From Haliotis rufescens (Eukaryota), in the NCBI RefSeq assembly GCF_023055435.1, contig NW_025963802.1, forward strand, positions 42,470,001 through 42,534,000: a stretch of DNA of 64,000 bases, in the 5' to 3' direction. Each line of letters starts with the position of its first letter. Position 1 is the stretch's first letter. Made by a program: the position numbers and the translations under genes. Shown here in pieces: positions 1 through 13,762 of the stretch. Below the pieces are notes generated by a model. That model was not told the origin of the DNA, did no database searches, and saw only the letters and a list, made by a program, of their open reading frames with translations.

Positions 1-320
1 TCACCATCCCGCCATTGGCCTCTGTCTTATACCCCGAGGATCGTGAGGACTTCTCGCTATGTCCAGTCAGAGCAGAGGCTGTGTATCCCCATCTCCTCAG
101 TGGTCAACTCTGAGGTCTTTTGTTGCAATCAAAGATCCTCCATGTCTACAATTTTGCTGATATACCTCCGCCTCAGATGTTTAACCCTCACGAGACGAGA
201 GCTGTGGGCCTCCATGATGGCACTGCACAGTAATTGCACCCTCAGCGCCATCGTGGAGGGATGTTTTTGGTAGTCATACACAGTATTCGCTTCCCACTAC
301 CTACGTGATGTCTCTGTAAG
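1..320 (+). mobile_element. DIRS-type retrotransposon tyrosine recombinase C-terminal remnant
   Basis: Frameshifted translation gives SLCPVRA ... FNPHETRA ... CFW*SYTVFASHYLRDV, the RHR..Y end of DIRS1 YR. Confidence 0.75.
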
Positions 321-504
321 TGATGTACAAATTAATTGATAATAACAAGAAGGCACACTGACAGGCTGTTCTGTTCTAAAAAAAATAAGCAATAAAATCC
401 TTTCCATAGCCAATAGGAATCTCTGCATAAAGCAGAGTTGATTGTACTATTCAGACTATATCATGAGCATGTGTTTATGATTCACTATCAAATAGTAATT
501 ATAC

Positions 505-980
505 CAGGTGTCGCGAAAAGGTGAGCATATCCTGCCCCACTAATGGCACCTGTCACAAAGACATGCTAAGTCAAGTCAATCATTCACCTGAAAAAACATG
601 GGACCATATGATACAAGTCAAAATAGGGAATTGCATCAGACATGATTTTTGTCACTGATGCATCAAATTTGGAAATGTCCTCTGCATGTCTACCATAAAA
701 CTTTTTGAAAGGTTTTCTGAGGCATTTGAATGTTGTAACCTTGGTCAAACAACTTCTGAGGAAGAGTCGTATGAAGCTCTTTGAAATCTTGGTAGCATGA
801 AAATGCTCGATTGTACCTCAAAAGTTGTGAAATGTAAACACCAAAGGCTGGAGCTGCTGGAATATTGCTCAACATGAAGGGAAAGTTGACTATTGGAAAG
901 TTGAAGTCATCCCTCTTGTCATACAGTCTTGTGGAGAATGTTTTGTCACTCTGAATCTTTATGCATAGATCCACCACTTT
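505..980 (-). mobile_element. Penelope-like retroelement 3' fragment (RT thumb region, Naiad/Chlamys-like)
   Basis: ORF 690-977 LYDKRDDFNFPIVNFPF..SNIP..PAFGVYISQLLRY is typical of the PLE RT C-terminus; followed by a self-complementary 3' element at 505-555. Confidence 0.75.
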
Positions 981-1592
981 GGTCCTGGCTCAACAATTAA
1001 CAAGGTGTTCTGGCTTGTTCCTCAGTATCTTAAAGTTTAATGTTGTTTTGAGCAAGTTCTTAGTTCTCTCAAGGGTATATTTGGCTGTCTAAACTTCTTC
1101 TCCCCTGAAATTGCCACACCGAATGAGATAAACTTTGACATGTGTGTTTGTCCCTATGATGATATGTATTGTTGGAATGAATAGATTTTAGTGTTAGTAT
1201 TTAGTCCCTGGTATTAATGGATGAAACATTTGAATATCAACTTTTGTTAAGTGTCTGTCTTTGTTGACATTTTAAACTGTTGACCACATATCCAGGTGAG
1301 CAACATTTGCTGCTGGGTGAACTGAGGATTAAGGATGGCCACTGATCCATATTAAGAATACCTACCTTCTTCTGAGAGAGATTAAATCTTTAACTGTTGC
1401 AGTGAAGAAAGGAGAGAAGTCATATCAGGTGGATTACATGCAGAGGTGATCTGAGTATTGGTTCATTTGTGCAGCATGTGTTTCTCACAACTGGAATATT
1501 GTTATCAGACTGGAGAGACATTGTGATTGGTTATGATTTTGAGAGCTTTGAGGAAATTGCGGTGATGGGGATGCTCAAGTTTGAGCTCCACC

Positions 1593-2188
1593 CAATCTCA
1601 TTAAAATCAGATCTTAGTTCTCGCTATCGCTAAACAAAGATCTGAGGAAATCCCATTACGGGTCACGTCAGAACGCCCTTTCATCCAACCAATCAAAACA
1701 TCGCTTACCAGATCATGAAAGTGACAGTTGGAATGTGTTTTCTCATCATGCAACCTCGAAAACGTTAACACTGGGTATTCCGAACGACAGTTACGGCCCG
1801 TACAACTGATTCTGTCAAAATTATCGTTTATTTCTCGCTTCCGTGGGTCAAACATTTGAACAGAGGAGACGTTGCACAGTACATAGGAAGTACTGTCATA
1901 CAATTTCAACCATATATTAGACATTCCCGAATGTTCGTTTGTTCAGTTTTCAAAATTTTAATCGAGAACTGTGACAACATATTTTTCAAACGTATTCTTA
2001 AATGGAACTCGCCAGGTTGAAACGAGTACCTCAAAGCTCGAGAAAGCTGATTTCTAATTGGCTGATGTTTGTCATTTCAGTGGTTGGTCAATGTTCGCGA
2101 AAGGTCGTTCTGACGTGACCCGTAATGGGATGTCCTCAGATCTTTGTTTAGCGGCAGCGAGAACTTAGATCTGATTTTAATGAGATTG
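1593..2188. mobile_element. Non-autonomous TIR element (MITE), ~85-bp TIRs, 9-bp TSD (Mutator-like)
   Basis: CAATCTCATTAAAATCAGATCT... mirrored by ...AGATCTGATTTTAATGAGATTG; AGCTCCACC duplicated at 1584-1592 and 2189-2197. Confidence 0.9.
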
Positions 2189-3399
2189 AGCTCCACCCCA
2201 CAGTTTGTTTTTTCTGAGCCATGTGCTGATGACATATGTTACAGACTTCACATTTGATATGTCTCCTATACATCCCTGGAGAGTTTTTTTCTCTGGCATC
2301 CAAAATAGGTTTGTTTACACAATTACTTGAGTAGTTATGATTGGATTTTCGTGACTTGGTATACATAATCATTATGGAAGGGTCTTGATTGCATTAACTC
2401 TTGAATGACTGTATAAGGTCAAGATCACTAAGAGTCAAATGAAGTGTGGCACAAATTTAAGGAAATTTCAGATTAACTTGAATAAAATCTTTTAGCAACT
2501 ATCTCATATGCTAAAGAAAACTATATAGCAAATAACACCCATCATATGTCATGAATGTGTCAAATGTGAAGATCATTTACACATGAAAATATTATCTGTA
2601 TGATATGGAAATCTCCTAGTAATATTGTAACACCACCTTAGTTTGCAACAAGTAATGTTTTCGCATGTGATTTGATGGCAATGAAGGTCAAGGTAACTCA
2701 TTGTGATTAAGGCATTGAAAAAAATATTTACATTAGCTTGTTATTACATTCTGCATTATTCTTTCATCTCAATGCCTGATGGAGGCCAAAACACCCTGCT
2801 ATTAAGGCCCTCAGTACTTCCCTTCTTCAATATGGTCATGCTTCTCAACGTTTATGTTCTTTAGCCTCTTTCATATATCTCCAAAACATCCACAGTTCTA
2901 GTGATTTGTTTCCAACTCTTTGGTTGCATCTGGGTGTTTTAGTCGTGTCACTTGTTTTTGTACCTTTGAAATGTGCTGTTTCTATTGTTTATGTTATGTC
3001 TGAGCCTCCCAAGATGATCAATACCCGGCCTTCCAATATCTGTCTGATTTGCATTCTACCCTATGGATTTATAAGACATGATTGGGATTCTTAGATGTTG
3101 CCTGTCTACTGAGAAGCTGTAGTAAGACACCTCATCAGCCTGTAACGTTTATGACAACGTACCAATGCATGCTGCTTCACTGAGTCTGCGCCCCCTGCAG
3201 TTTCTGCACTTGTCCATGACTGTGGATCCTCCTGCATCAGCCATCCACAATGTTTATCCCTCACCTCCTATTTTTCCTGCAATCTGCCTCCCTGCACCTG
3301 TGATTCTGGCTACTTCTGCACCTGTGTTCATAATGAATCCTCTGTATTTGTCTCTTGTGCATCTTCGATAAAAGAATTATTGACACTTACGTTACTTCC

Positions 3400-5660
3400 T
3401 CAAGACATGCTTGCCATAAAAGGCGTCGTTACAGCGACAGAAACATTTTAATGATGAGTTACATTCAACCCTCTAAACAGAAGATAGGTTAATCTGCCTC
3501 AACCTGCAAGAAGCCTCATTTCCATGAATCCATTCATCTGGGGTCGTGAAAGTATCTACTCAGTGACATTAACGGGAGATGCAACAAGTTCCAAGTCATT
3601 CTGTTTGGATTATCAATCGCACCTTGTCCATTCACCAGGATCATGGCTCACATCACCAACTTTGCAGCATGGTTACCTGGATGATTTTCTCGCAGCAGAT
3701 TAAGACATATCTCAGATCCATCAAAACATGATGTCAAACAAGTCAGAGATAGTACCAGCACAGAACATGGTGAACATTGGGGCCTAATTTCAACTACTTG
3801 TTGGACATCTCTGCACCTCTGTAACTACTCAACCCACATGATCTCTTTCAAGACTTGACGTACAGAGGGAGTTTGAGATTATGGCCACTCCAAACCTGGA
3901 TCAACACACTGTGATTGCAGACCTTGGTCTCTCTTGCAATGATGCCACATGATCTGATACTGGAATTCGGTTTGTGGACTTTGAGGTCATTATCACCTTC
4001 ACCTTTTTGCAGATGCCATTGACACAGGTTGGGGAGCCCACATGTACAATCTCAAGATCCAGGGCTTAAGGAATGCTTCCAAAGAAGAACTACACATCAA
4101 CTGCCCAGAGATGAAGGCAAACATTTACACCCTCCAGATTTGGTACATCCAGAAACAAAGACGAACCAAATCCAGCTCCTTGATGAACAAGACTACAAGA
4201 TTGTTTGTCTTGCCAGACTGGTGGATGGATGTAAGACATCTTTCAGGGAATTTCAACATCCCAGCGGACAGGCTTTCTCGTGGAGGGAGAATGTTGACGA
4301 CTTATGGTCATTTCATCTGAAGGCATCTGCCCGGAGATCCCCACTATGGGACAGGCCACAATCTCTTCGTGATCTGTCTGAACAACCAACTACTGGTTTA
4401 TGACAGCCCAATACAAGACCTGATGGCTATCCAAGTGGATGCAGTATTGATGGCTTGTAGAGGACTCTATGGATATGAATTCGAACCTTGGTCGCTTCTA
4501 ATCAAGGTAATTAGGAAGCCAGAGAACACAGATAGTTTGACCATCTTGATAACTCCAGTTTGGTCAAGCATGACATGGTTTCACAGACTATTTCCACTGT
4601 TTATGGAGGTCCTATCCACCTACCATATGTTCATAATCTGCCCAGGTTGGACATATTCTTCAACAATCTACCTAGTTTTCATCTAACAGCCTGGAAGTTA
4701 ACACAAAAAAGATGCAGCCCTTCATCTTCTCTGAGTCTGCGTCTACAGCAGTTGTAAGGTCTTGAAATCATCCTCCCTCAATGACAACAGATGGGACAAA
4801 TTCAACCGCTGGAGACAAAGACAAGTTTTGATAGATAAAGCACCAACAAACCCATGATAGAGCTGTGATGGAAAGTGCACTATCAAGACAAGTTTGCATC
4901 TTAGAGGGCTATAGCTCGGCTCTATATTCTGTTTTACAACACGATGGACTATCTGTTGGAGAATGTTCGATCACCTTGTATCTTCCAAAAGTGGAACCTC
5001 TCCATTGTAATATCTGTCCTCCTAGCAGAATGGTATGGACCTCTTGCCACAGCTACCTTGCTTCAAAAGCTTGAAAAGTTGCTTTTCTTCTTGCCGTGGC
5101 TGCAGCAGCTGGATTTCGGAAATTCATGTTCAGACTATTTAAGTCTCACTCATGCTAATGACTGGAGCACAATAACCATCAGATGGCTCCCTGGATTCAT
5201 CTCAAAGAATCAGTCTTCTCTTGGTCCATTGAACCACATACATTACACCATTCCTGCCTTAGCCCCAACTTTAGGCCATCCAGATTGTCGCCTCCGTCCC
5301 ATTCGGGGTATCAGGTAGTATCCAGCTGCTTCAAACCCATACACAAGACATAGGAAGAGATTGTTCATCTGTCGCAAGACTCATTCCGACAAAGATGTCA
5401 CTAAATCCATAGTTGTAGGCTGGCTTCTGTCCACTATTGCTGCAAGTTGTCAATAAGCCCAAGATTCTACTCTCAGTCTTGGTTCCTGTTCAGCTCATGA
5501 AATCAGAGCATTTGCTACGACACTTTGCCCTATGGACAAATGTGTCATTAGAACAAGTAGTATTCAGCTGCCTATTGGGTACTCACAGCACTTTCACAAA
5601 CTTCTATATTCCTGTAACAGACTTACAAGGGATCTATTCCCAAGGTCCTTTATAGGCAAT
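3400..5660 (+). mobile_element. Degenerate DIRS1-like retrotransposon (RT-RNase H-MT-tyrosine recombinase)
   Basis: Fragments FGLSIAP..FTR (RT), HINCPEMKA and NIPADRLSR (RNase H), LYGYEFEPWSLL..VIRK..ILITPVW..MTWF (MT), KWNLSIV and LPGFISKNQ (YR); many stops and frameshifts. Confidence 0.85.
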
Positions 5661-5833
5661 TCAAACTTTCATATCTAAATAGATTTCCTCTTATGGAAAA
5701 AAAGGAGAGTAGGGTGGGGATACAACAGCAGCAGCTTCAGAAGGTAAGTAGGCCGTGGACTCATAATTAGCTACTGAGTGTAGGGTAATAACTGAATAAT
5801 GCCCGAAGTCACAAGCATTGATATCAGATTTAC

Positions 5834-6142
5834 AGGAAGTGACGTCATAACTGGAAGTAATATCATAACTGGAACGTCATAATCGGAAGCGACGTCATAA
5901 AATGACATCATTAAAGACCAGAAATGATGTCATAATGATAAGACTAGGACTGGAAGCGATGTCAGAGATTGTAAGAACTGAAATGACATATAATAATCGG
6001 AAAGGACATCATCAAGATTTTTGGTGTTGACGCTAAATCCGGAAGTGACGTTAGAAATGGAAATGACAGGATGACTGGAAGTGACGTCAGAACTAGAAAT
6101 GACCGCCTGATACATGGCATTAGAACATCTGATGACGTCACA
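5834..6142. repeat. Cluster of degenerate GGAAGTGACGTCA motifs
   Basis: About ten variants of (C/T)GGAAGTGACGTCA(T) in ~300 bp. Confidence 0.7.
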
Positions 6143-6504
6143 AATATGAATATCAGCAAATATAATGGTAAATCTAGTGATGCTATGTATCGGTTTTCAA
6201 CAAATATTAGTGGGTAGAATCATAAGGGACCAGTGATCTACTGTCGACTATACAGGGAGTTTAATGGAGGCAGATGTTTGTTACTCTAACAAGCCAAAGC
6301 TTCTTGAATTATTTATTCACTTGTGAGCTATGGAGCGTTGTTGCTCTGTTATTATTTTTATTTTGTTGTTCTAAAATTCATCAAAATTTATTTGTACAGA
6401 CAATGACAACTAGACCAGAAACCTCCAACAGGTCTAAAATTCTTTAATCACTGTATTGAAACATTTCTTTTCTGAGTGATTGAGAAAGACTTTTGTTATT
6501 TCAG

Positions 6505-6968
6505 TTAACCTTGAAGGTTTTGCCAAGACATTCTGTAACGTTACCACAGAAACTATGAAGGAATTGAAATTACCTGAAATCCACATGATTGATATAAATC
6601 CAAAGGTAATAGCAAGTCTGAAGAAAATATTTGATTCTTGTCTCACCCTGGAATCACAAGAGGAGACTATGGACATAGATGTTGCTGGAGCTACTGGAGG
6701 GGAAAAAGAGTGTTCAATCTGCAAGGACACCTGCACAGATCCCAAAATGCTAGAGTGTGGGCACAGGTTCTGCAGTGGATGTATTGATCACTACTTCAAC
6801 AATTACAAGCCTGTGTGTCCAAATTGTGGTGCCATTTATGGGCCAGTGTCAGGAACCATGCCAAAAGGTTCAATGAGAATCAATGTGAACAATTACAATC
6901 ATCTCATGGGACATCCACATGATGCAACGATTTGTATCACATACAACATTCCAAATGGAATTCAAACA
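6505..6968 (+). CDS. DTX3L-like gene 1, internal exon: macrodomain C-terminal half, C3HC4 RING, start of DTC
   Basis: tttcag acceptor (phase 1) and ACA|gtaagt donor; CSICKD..CGHRFCSGC..CPNCG then GTMPKGSM..TICITYNIPNGIQ. Confidence 0.88.
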
Positions 6969-7918
6969 GTAAGTAATATGTGTAATTAATACAATTGTGA
7001 ATGCATTTGTTATGGGTAGCTTAACATCATGTTCTTTCTCAGTTGTCTGTCATCTGTCCATTTAGTTTTACAGGTTTGATGCAGTATTGAAGCAGAAAAC
7101 TAGAATGGATGATTCCCAAAATGGTTTCTTTGCAAATTGCAATATGTTTGTTATGACCCAATCTTGTTTTGTAAATGTCCATAACTGCATTCATTTTGAA
7201 AATGGTATTTTGACCCTTTGCTCGGATATATTTCTGAATATGTCATTATGAAATTTGTAAATAAATATATAATGTAGGCCAGGCCACATGTTTGTGACTG
7301 ACTTGGTCTGACTGTGACCTCTTTTTTCAGTTTGGTGACAAGAATTGTTTAGATACAATATTGTGTTTGGCCAATGGCGAGTTATAATGAAAAACTTGTT
7401 AATGCATTGTGTGGTTATTGTCATACAATCTACTTGTATGTATAATTGAATATCAACAAATATCTGAACACAGTTGTTAGATATTGATTTTGCTACAGGT
7501 TACTCTTTGTGACAAAGCTTCATGTTTCACTGAATTCAAGCACAGACAATACCAGATAATCTTGATTTTGTTTCCTTGGTGTCACTTGCAGTCTGTCATT
7601 AAGGCATAATGATGTTATGGCCAAATATTTGTTTTCATATTTGCCCCCACTATGATGTAGAAAAGAGATTCAGAATCAGGATTTCCCCTGACACAACATT
7701 CTTGTGTCTGTGTATAGTTAAAACTAGCAAACTTTCAGTTAATATAAAACAAAGTGGTATTTTGTATAGATTTCTATAACAGGCAGTCAATACTATAACA
7801 CACTGATTCAGGCGAACAAACATGAGATAACAAACTTGAACAATGGAACTCTGAATCATTTTGCTTTTTTACTACATGTAGATGCTATGATTTACAATTT
7901 CAATTGAATTTCCTGTTG

Positions 7919-8997
7919 GGCTTAAAAAATAAAAGAATTGGTTCTCAGGCAATGGCTTTTGAAAATATAGTGCAGGCGGGCTCTGTTTTGTTTTGTTTTG
8001 TTTTGGGGGGTTGTTCAAACTTGTATTTAACCAATTAACATTTGTGAACAATCACCCTGGGAAAGGGCCTCCCCATATAAATGTATTCCTTGATGAGTAA
8101 AATACTGGAATACAGTATTGGAGTGCCGTTGGACTACCAGCTAGTATGTGCATGATACACTCATACAATGAGCTTTGATTTTATTTCACATTGCAAAGAT
8201 GTTAATGTGAGCAAAGAAGAAGAATGTCAACAAATCCATACTAAAGTATGTAAGTTACTCCTATTATATCACTATTTGGCTATATAAGTATTCATTGTGT
8301 ATCTGGACTTACGTTTGTAATCCATTATATTACTTTTATCCAAGATTTCATTCAATTTTGTTTACATTAATTTCGGCGAAATTGTGTATGAACTGATCAG
8401 CAAATAACATCAATTCACCAAGAACTCGCCTTGAAACAAACATTCGTCGTCAGAGATACAAAGTCTTCAGTCTTCCTGTAACTATATTGAAATTTCTTTT
8501 CAGTTATGATATTGGCCATGACATAAGTATTTCATAAACTAAATCACCCACAGATAGGGGAGAAAATGTGTGAATAAATGATTGCTATTTCCAGCTTATT
8601 TTATGAGAAAAAACACATGTAATCTTAATCTCTGCGTATGAAACATTGTCCGTCATACTGTACTCAAATACCATTGAATTTGTAAATCATTATGTCTAGC
8701 GATGTTTTTTTCCTAAATTTCGTGTTTTCATTGACCAAACGTGCAAACAGCAAAACAAGCACACAAACCACCACGTGCCGCCACCACCTTAAAATGAGAT
8801 GTGCAGTAAAGCAGTGCTAATGTGAGGGGAATATTTGTTTTTAAGTATTGTAGCATTTCACTGCTAGGGCCATGTGTTAGAGATGGGCAACATTCAAGGA
8901 TTTAATTTCCTGTGAAAATGGAAATAAAAACGAAACGTGCGGCTGACTTGATGATGATGTAGCGATGCCTGTGAACCAAGACTATTTTTTTTTAGCC
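7919..8997. mobile_element. Old non-autonomous DNA transposon with imperfect ~40-bp TIRs
   Basis: GGCTTAAAAAATAAAAGAATTGGTTCTCAGGCA vs reverse complement of TGCCTGTGAACCAAGACTATTTTTTTTTAGCC. Confidence 0.5.
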
Positions 8998-9705
8998 TTA
9001 TGGTTAGCATTTTTGTATATGCAGAAATTAAGATCAATGTGTGAAATTGTCTCTTTAAATAAGCAGTTACACACATTTTCTCCATGATCTACCAGTGATA
9101 CAGTTGCCAAAAAAGAAATACACTAACTTGAAAGCATTTTAATGCAATGACTGAAGGAAATAATATCTGAAACTGTTATTGTACCAGAAAACATACATTC
9201 TAATAATATCTTGATATTTTAGCCTTTGCTTTTCCTATATATATGTATTTATTTTTTATGTAAAAAGATAGTAAGGATAGTAGTTTGGAATATTACCTGT
9301 TAATTTGTACATATGGAACAGTTTTATGAGTCACAGTTTCAGAGCATCTAATTGTGACAAGAACACTTCCAGTAGTCCTGTTATTTTGATCATGAAAACA
9401 ATCTATTAATATACACTATTCAAACAACAACAAATGTGACTTTACACGAGGCCACGAGAATTGCTTTTGATACATGTTCAAGTCAAGATGTTTGTAGCGA
9501 TAACATGATTGTGGTTGCAGTAAATATTGGTGACTTTGTGCTATTGATATAAACAACATTGAAAATTTTGAATGCAATTAAAAACAATCTGTTACAAACA
9601 CAAGTTCAAATATAAAATGAACTCTTTTTCATAACCTGATAGTGTAATAACAGGACTAATTTGCATGCTTCACTTAAGATTTGTTGGCATGCCATCGATG
9701 TTTTC

Positions 9706-9833
9706 NNNNNNNNNNNNNNNNNNNNNNNNNNNNNNNNNNNNNNNNNNNNNNNNNNNNNNNNNNNNNNNNNNNNNNNNNNNNNNNNNNNNNNNNNNNNNNN
9801 NNNNNNNNNNNNNNNNNNNNNNNNNNNNNNNNN
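9706..9833. other. Assembly gap
   Basis: Run of N. Confidence 1.
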
Positions 9834-10209
9834 TGTGCACCCCCTCCACACAGTGTTAATATTTGGGGGGAAATGTGCCTTATACACATCAAAATACAGT
9901 ACTCTATTCTCATATATAATGGGTCAAACAAACTGATGTTAGAACTTTTCTACATTTGAAAGTTATGGTCACTCTAAATTCTTGCCTAGCAGTCCCAAAA
10001 CACACTTCACACATTAGGGCACCATTCATTAAAAAACAAAACAATATGATACACATTTTTAAGAGGAAGTAACAGTCATTGTTGTAGTGTTACATGTTAC
10101 ATAAGTTGTTAACTGCAATTATACTTTTGGGACTCAAATCTTTATTTTGACCCACAAGAGTCACCATACTCCCAAAATAGAAATTAATTAAAAAACTTTA
10201 GATAGCTAA

Positions 10210-10434
<225 letters not shown>

Positions 10435-10444
10435 TAAGTTTAGA

Positions 10445-11230
10445 TGTTGGTAAACCTCTGCAGCTCAATTGGTTATGAAACAGAAAAATTTGATAACCCA
10501 GCAAATACAATGATTTAATATCATTGTCATGCTTTTAATGTTGGTCCAATGTTGAAAGATGATATTGGTCCAACATTGTTTGTACTGGGTATATTGTGTG
10601 CTATTCATTGTTGGTGGTGTTCTTGGCTGCAAAGCATTTTAGGGTGATTTTATACTACAAGGGCATCATTAAATTCATGAGATATGTTGTCAATCATCTT
10701 TTTGTTCTCTATCTCTGCTCACACACAGTCATACAAAGAACATAACTGTCCAAGTATACTCTGCCAAAAATGAGAAACACAAAAGTTATTATAGATGTAT
10801 ATTTTTTTATTTCATAATAAACAGATGGTAATCGATTGTTGAAAATTGTTTGTAAGTTTCTGCAGCTCAATTGGTTATGAAACAGAAAATTAGATAACCC
10901 AGCAAATACAATGATTTTATATTAGTGTCACACTTTTAATGTTGGTTCAATGATGGCAAGATGACATTAGTCCAACATTGGTTGTACTGGGTGTATTGTG
11001 TGCTATTCATTGTTGGTGATTTTCATGACTTCAAAGCATTTTAGGGTGATATTATACTACAAAGGCATCATTAAATTCATGAGATATGTTTTCAATCATC
11101 ATTTCTTTCCATCTTACAAAGAACATAACTATGCATGTATACTCTCAAAAAAAAAAGAAACACAAAAGTAATTTTAGATGTATATTTTATATATCATGAT
11201 TAAACAGATGGGAATTGATTGTTCAAAATT
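10445..11230. repeat. Intronic tandem duplication, ~400-bp unit
   Basis: CTGCAGCTCAATTGGTTATGAAACAGAAAA at ~10458 and ~10860 with collinear similarity; each copy ends in a Tc1-TIR-like TATACTCT..AAAAA..GAAACACAAAAGT. Confidence 0.9.
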
Positions 11231-11720
11231 GACACTCATCATTGACCCAGGTTCCATATGGCACAGAGGGACCAGTAGATTTTCAAGGTGAAGGTCATCA
11301 GTTCTCAGTATCTTGTATGGTCACCATTAGAGTCCACTGCAGACTGGCATCGTCGTCCCATGGACGCAATCAGATCGTGAATTGTGGCCTGGGGAATATT
11401 CAGACACTGACACACTGTGTTGTCCTGTTTTCAAGGCATGTGGGATGATGTTTTGTCTTTCAGGACAACAACTCCCATGCTCACCTTGCACGAATCTTCA
11501 ATGCTCACCTCCAGCAGCACAACCTCCATAGAATTCCATGGCCAGCAATGTGCCCAGACCTTTCCCCCATATGTCTGATTGGGAGAAGTGTGCGTCAAGC
11601 CGTCAACGACATGGACCATCTAACCTGTTGGCTAAACTTGGCCACGCGCTGCAAAAGAAGTGGGACAGACTCCCTCAAATTGCTATTGGGTGACCACGTG
11701 CAGTTTGCCTCATTGAGTGA
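11140..11720. mobile_element. Older Tc1-like remnant
   Basis: TIR-like start plus decayed LQDN../PW..MCPDLSP..VW transposase motifs. Confidence 0.55.
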
Positions 11721-12009
11721 ATGAATGATAAAATGTGGCGATATTACGCACTTTTGATGCAGAAAGGGCAGAAATAATTCCTCAAGTCACTGACAAGTGT
11801 CTACCAAACACAAGCTGAATTTGCCACCTGCAGGGTCGCAGTGGAAACACAGAACAACAAAATAGTTGGAAATATATTCAATGTGATTTGGTTGCACAAA
11901 AGACATGTAAAGACTTGTGGTGTAATTAATCAAACAAAGCTTTGATGGTTTGTTATATTTTAAAGAACTATTAACAAATATTTATTGTAAGATAAGTGAA
12001 GTTCATATA

Positions 12010-13762
12010 TACTCAGCAACAAAAGTTCCTATGACACCAATATTTTAGTGTATTTTTCAAAAAAGTAAAGTTTGGTTTTCAATATTGTAGTACATGTATG
12101 GAATCAAGTCACAAAAACGCAACTGCTACAGAAAAGCATGCATTCCATGCAAAAGTGGACTTTATGCAAGCCCCATGCATTTCGCTACCCACGAATTGGT
12201 ATAAAAACATGTACATTAATGGGATTCCATATGCATTGTTTAACATTGTGTTGACAACAACCACTCAGAAAAACAACAAAATCACGCAATCATTCAACAT
12301 TATGAAATGCCACGCCTGTCCGAAAATGAGTGTCTGCGAGCCATTGGTATGCTTGAAGCACAGGATCTTGCTAGAAAATTTAATGTCCACAGAAACACCA
12401 TTTGGTGTTTATGGCAATGTTGGCAACAGACGAATGCAGTCAGAGACCCCCCTCGGCGTGGCAGGCCACTCGTAACCAATAATCAAGAAAACAACTGGAT
12501 TCGAACAAAACACCTACTAAATCGATTCCAGCCAGCAACAGTGACTGCAAGAAGCATTCCTGACCTTCGACAAATATCTTCACAAACCCTCGCCTCAGAT
12601 GTGCAGGGATTGTCGCCAGAAGACCCGCCAGACGTCCCATTTTGACAGGAAACCCACCGTCAAGCATGTCTACAGTGGTGCAGACAGCGTCTACGCTGGA
12701 CGGCCATGCAGTGTGGACAAGTTCTATTCACTGACGAGTCTCATTATCACCTCAGCCACAGCAATGGCTGGATTCGAGTGTACTGACGTCGAGGTGAACG
12801 TTATGTCAATCATTGTGTCATGGAAAAAGATCGGTTCAGGGGCGGCAGCGTTATGGTATGAGGTGGGATTACAGCAAGATGTGAGGTAAGGTGAAATGGG
12901 GTTTAAAGTCGCGTCCAAGATTATTGCACTTATATAGCGACAGGCATGTACGTGTGTGTGCTTGTGTGGCTGCTTGTACTAGTCCGGACTGATGCAGATT
13001 TATAGACCTAGCTCACTGAGATACCATGCCGCAGTTTAAAATGAATACCTCACTCAGACACAGTATACTCTGAGCCGACCAGTCCTTGTTTTAGCCCCTT
13101 AATGCCGAGCGCCAGACGCTCTCCGGGCGGACGCTCTACCACTTCAGAGGACCTGTTTGATAGTGGTAGAGGGAAATCTCAATGGACAGCGCTACCATGA
13201 CGAGATCATCGGCCCTGTTCTACCGTTTTTGCGTCGTCATGGCCCAGGCATTACCTTTCAACATGACAACGCTCGGCCTCATATTGCTTGACTTGTTCAG
13301 GATTCTCTTCAGCAAAACAACATGAATGTCATCCCCTGTCCGGCTCGCTCCCCTGATCTTTCACCAATCGGGCGCGTGTGGGATGAGATGGATCGGCGCC
13401 TTTGACGTCAACCACGTATTCCACAGACACTCCAGGAACTTCGAAACATGCTGTTGCAGACATGGACAGATATCCCACAGGACTTTGTGCGACACCTGGT
13501 CCATTCCATGAGACGAAGATGTGTTGCTTGCATCGCAACCAGAGGTGGACACACACGCTATTGATTTGTAAATTCACATTTTGGCATGTTCATGTTTTTT
13601 GTGAAATCACACATTTTCTGAAGTCAGTATGGCAAATTAAACCATTTGAACACTTGCAGGAGTCTTTTATCTGTTGCAAAACAAAATTATTTCAGATTTG
13701 GTAAAAAACATAACTTTGCATCAAATCTTATTCAATGTCACCAGAACTTTTCTTGTTCAGTA
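12010..13762 (+). mobile_element. Tc1-family transposon, inactive, interrupted by a SINE
   Basis: TA-flanked TIRs (TACTCAGCAACAAAAGTTC / GAACTTTTCTTGTTCAGTA); MPRLSENECLRAIGML HTH, LFTDES, FQHDNARPH and PARSPDLSPI motifs across frameshifts. Confidence 0.92.
12882..13143 (-). mobile_element. tRNA-derived Meta-domain-type SINE, internally deleted copy
   Basis: Matches the copies at 25303-25659 and 30370-30726. Confidence 0.88.

Noticed and set aside
6400-6447. Short ATG exon MTTRPETSNR upstream of the gene 1 RING exon
   Set aside because: Weak donor, phase incompatible with the 6505 acceptor, and in-frame stops on read-through
9606-9959. ORFs spanning N runs (also 21657-22608)
   Set aside because: Artefacts of assembly gaps
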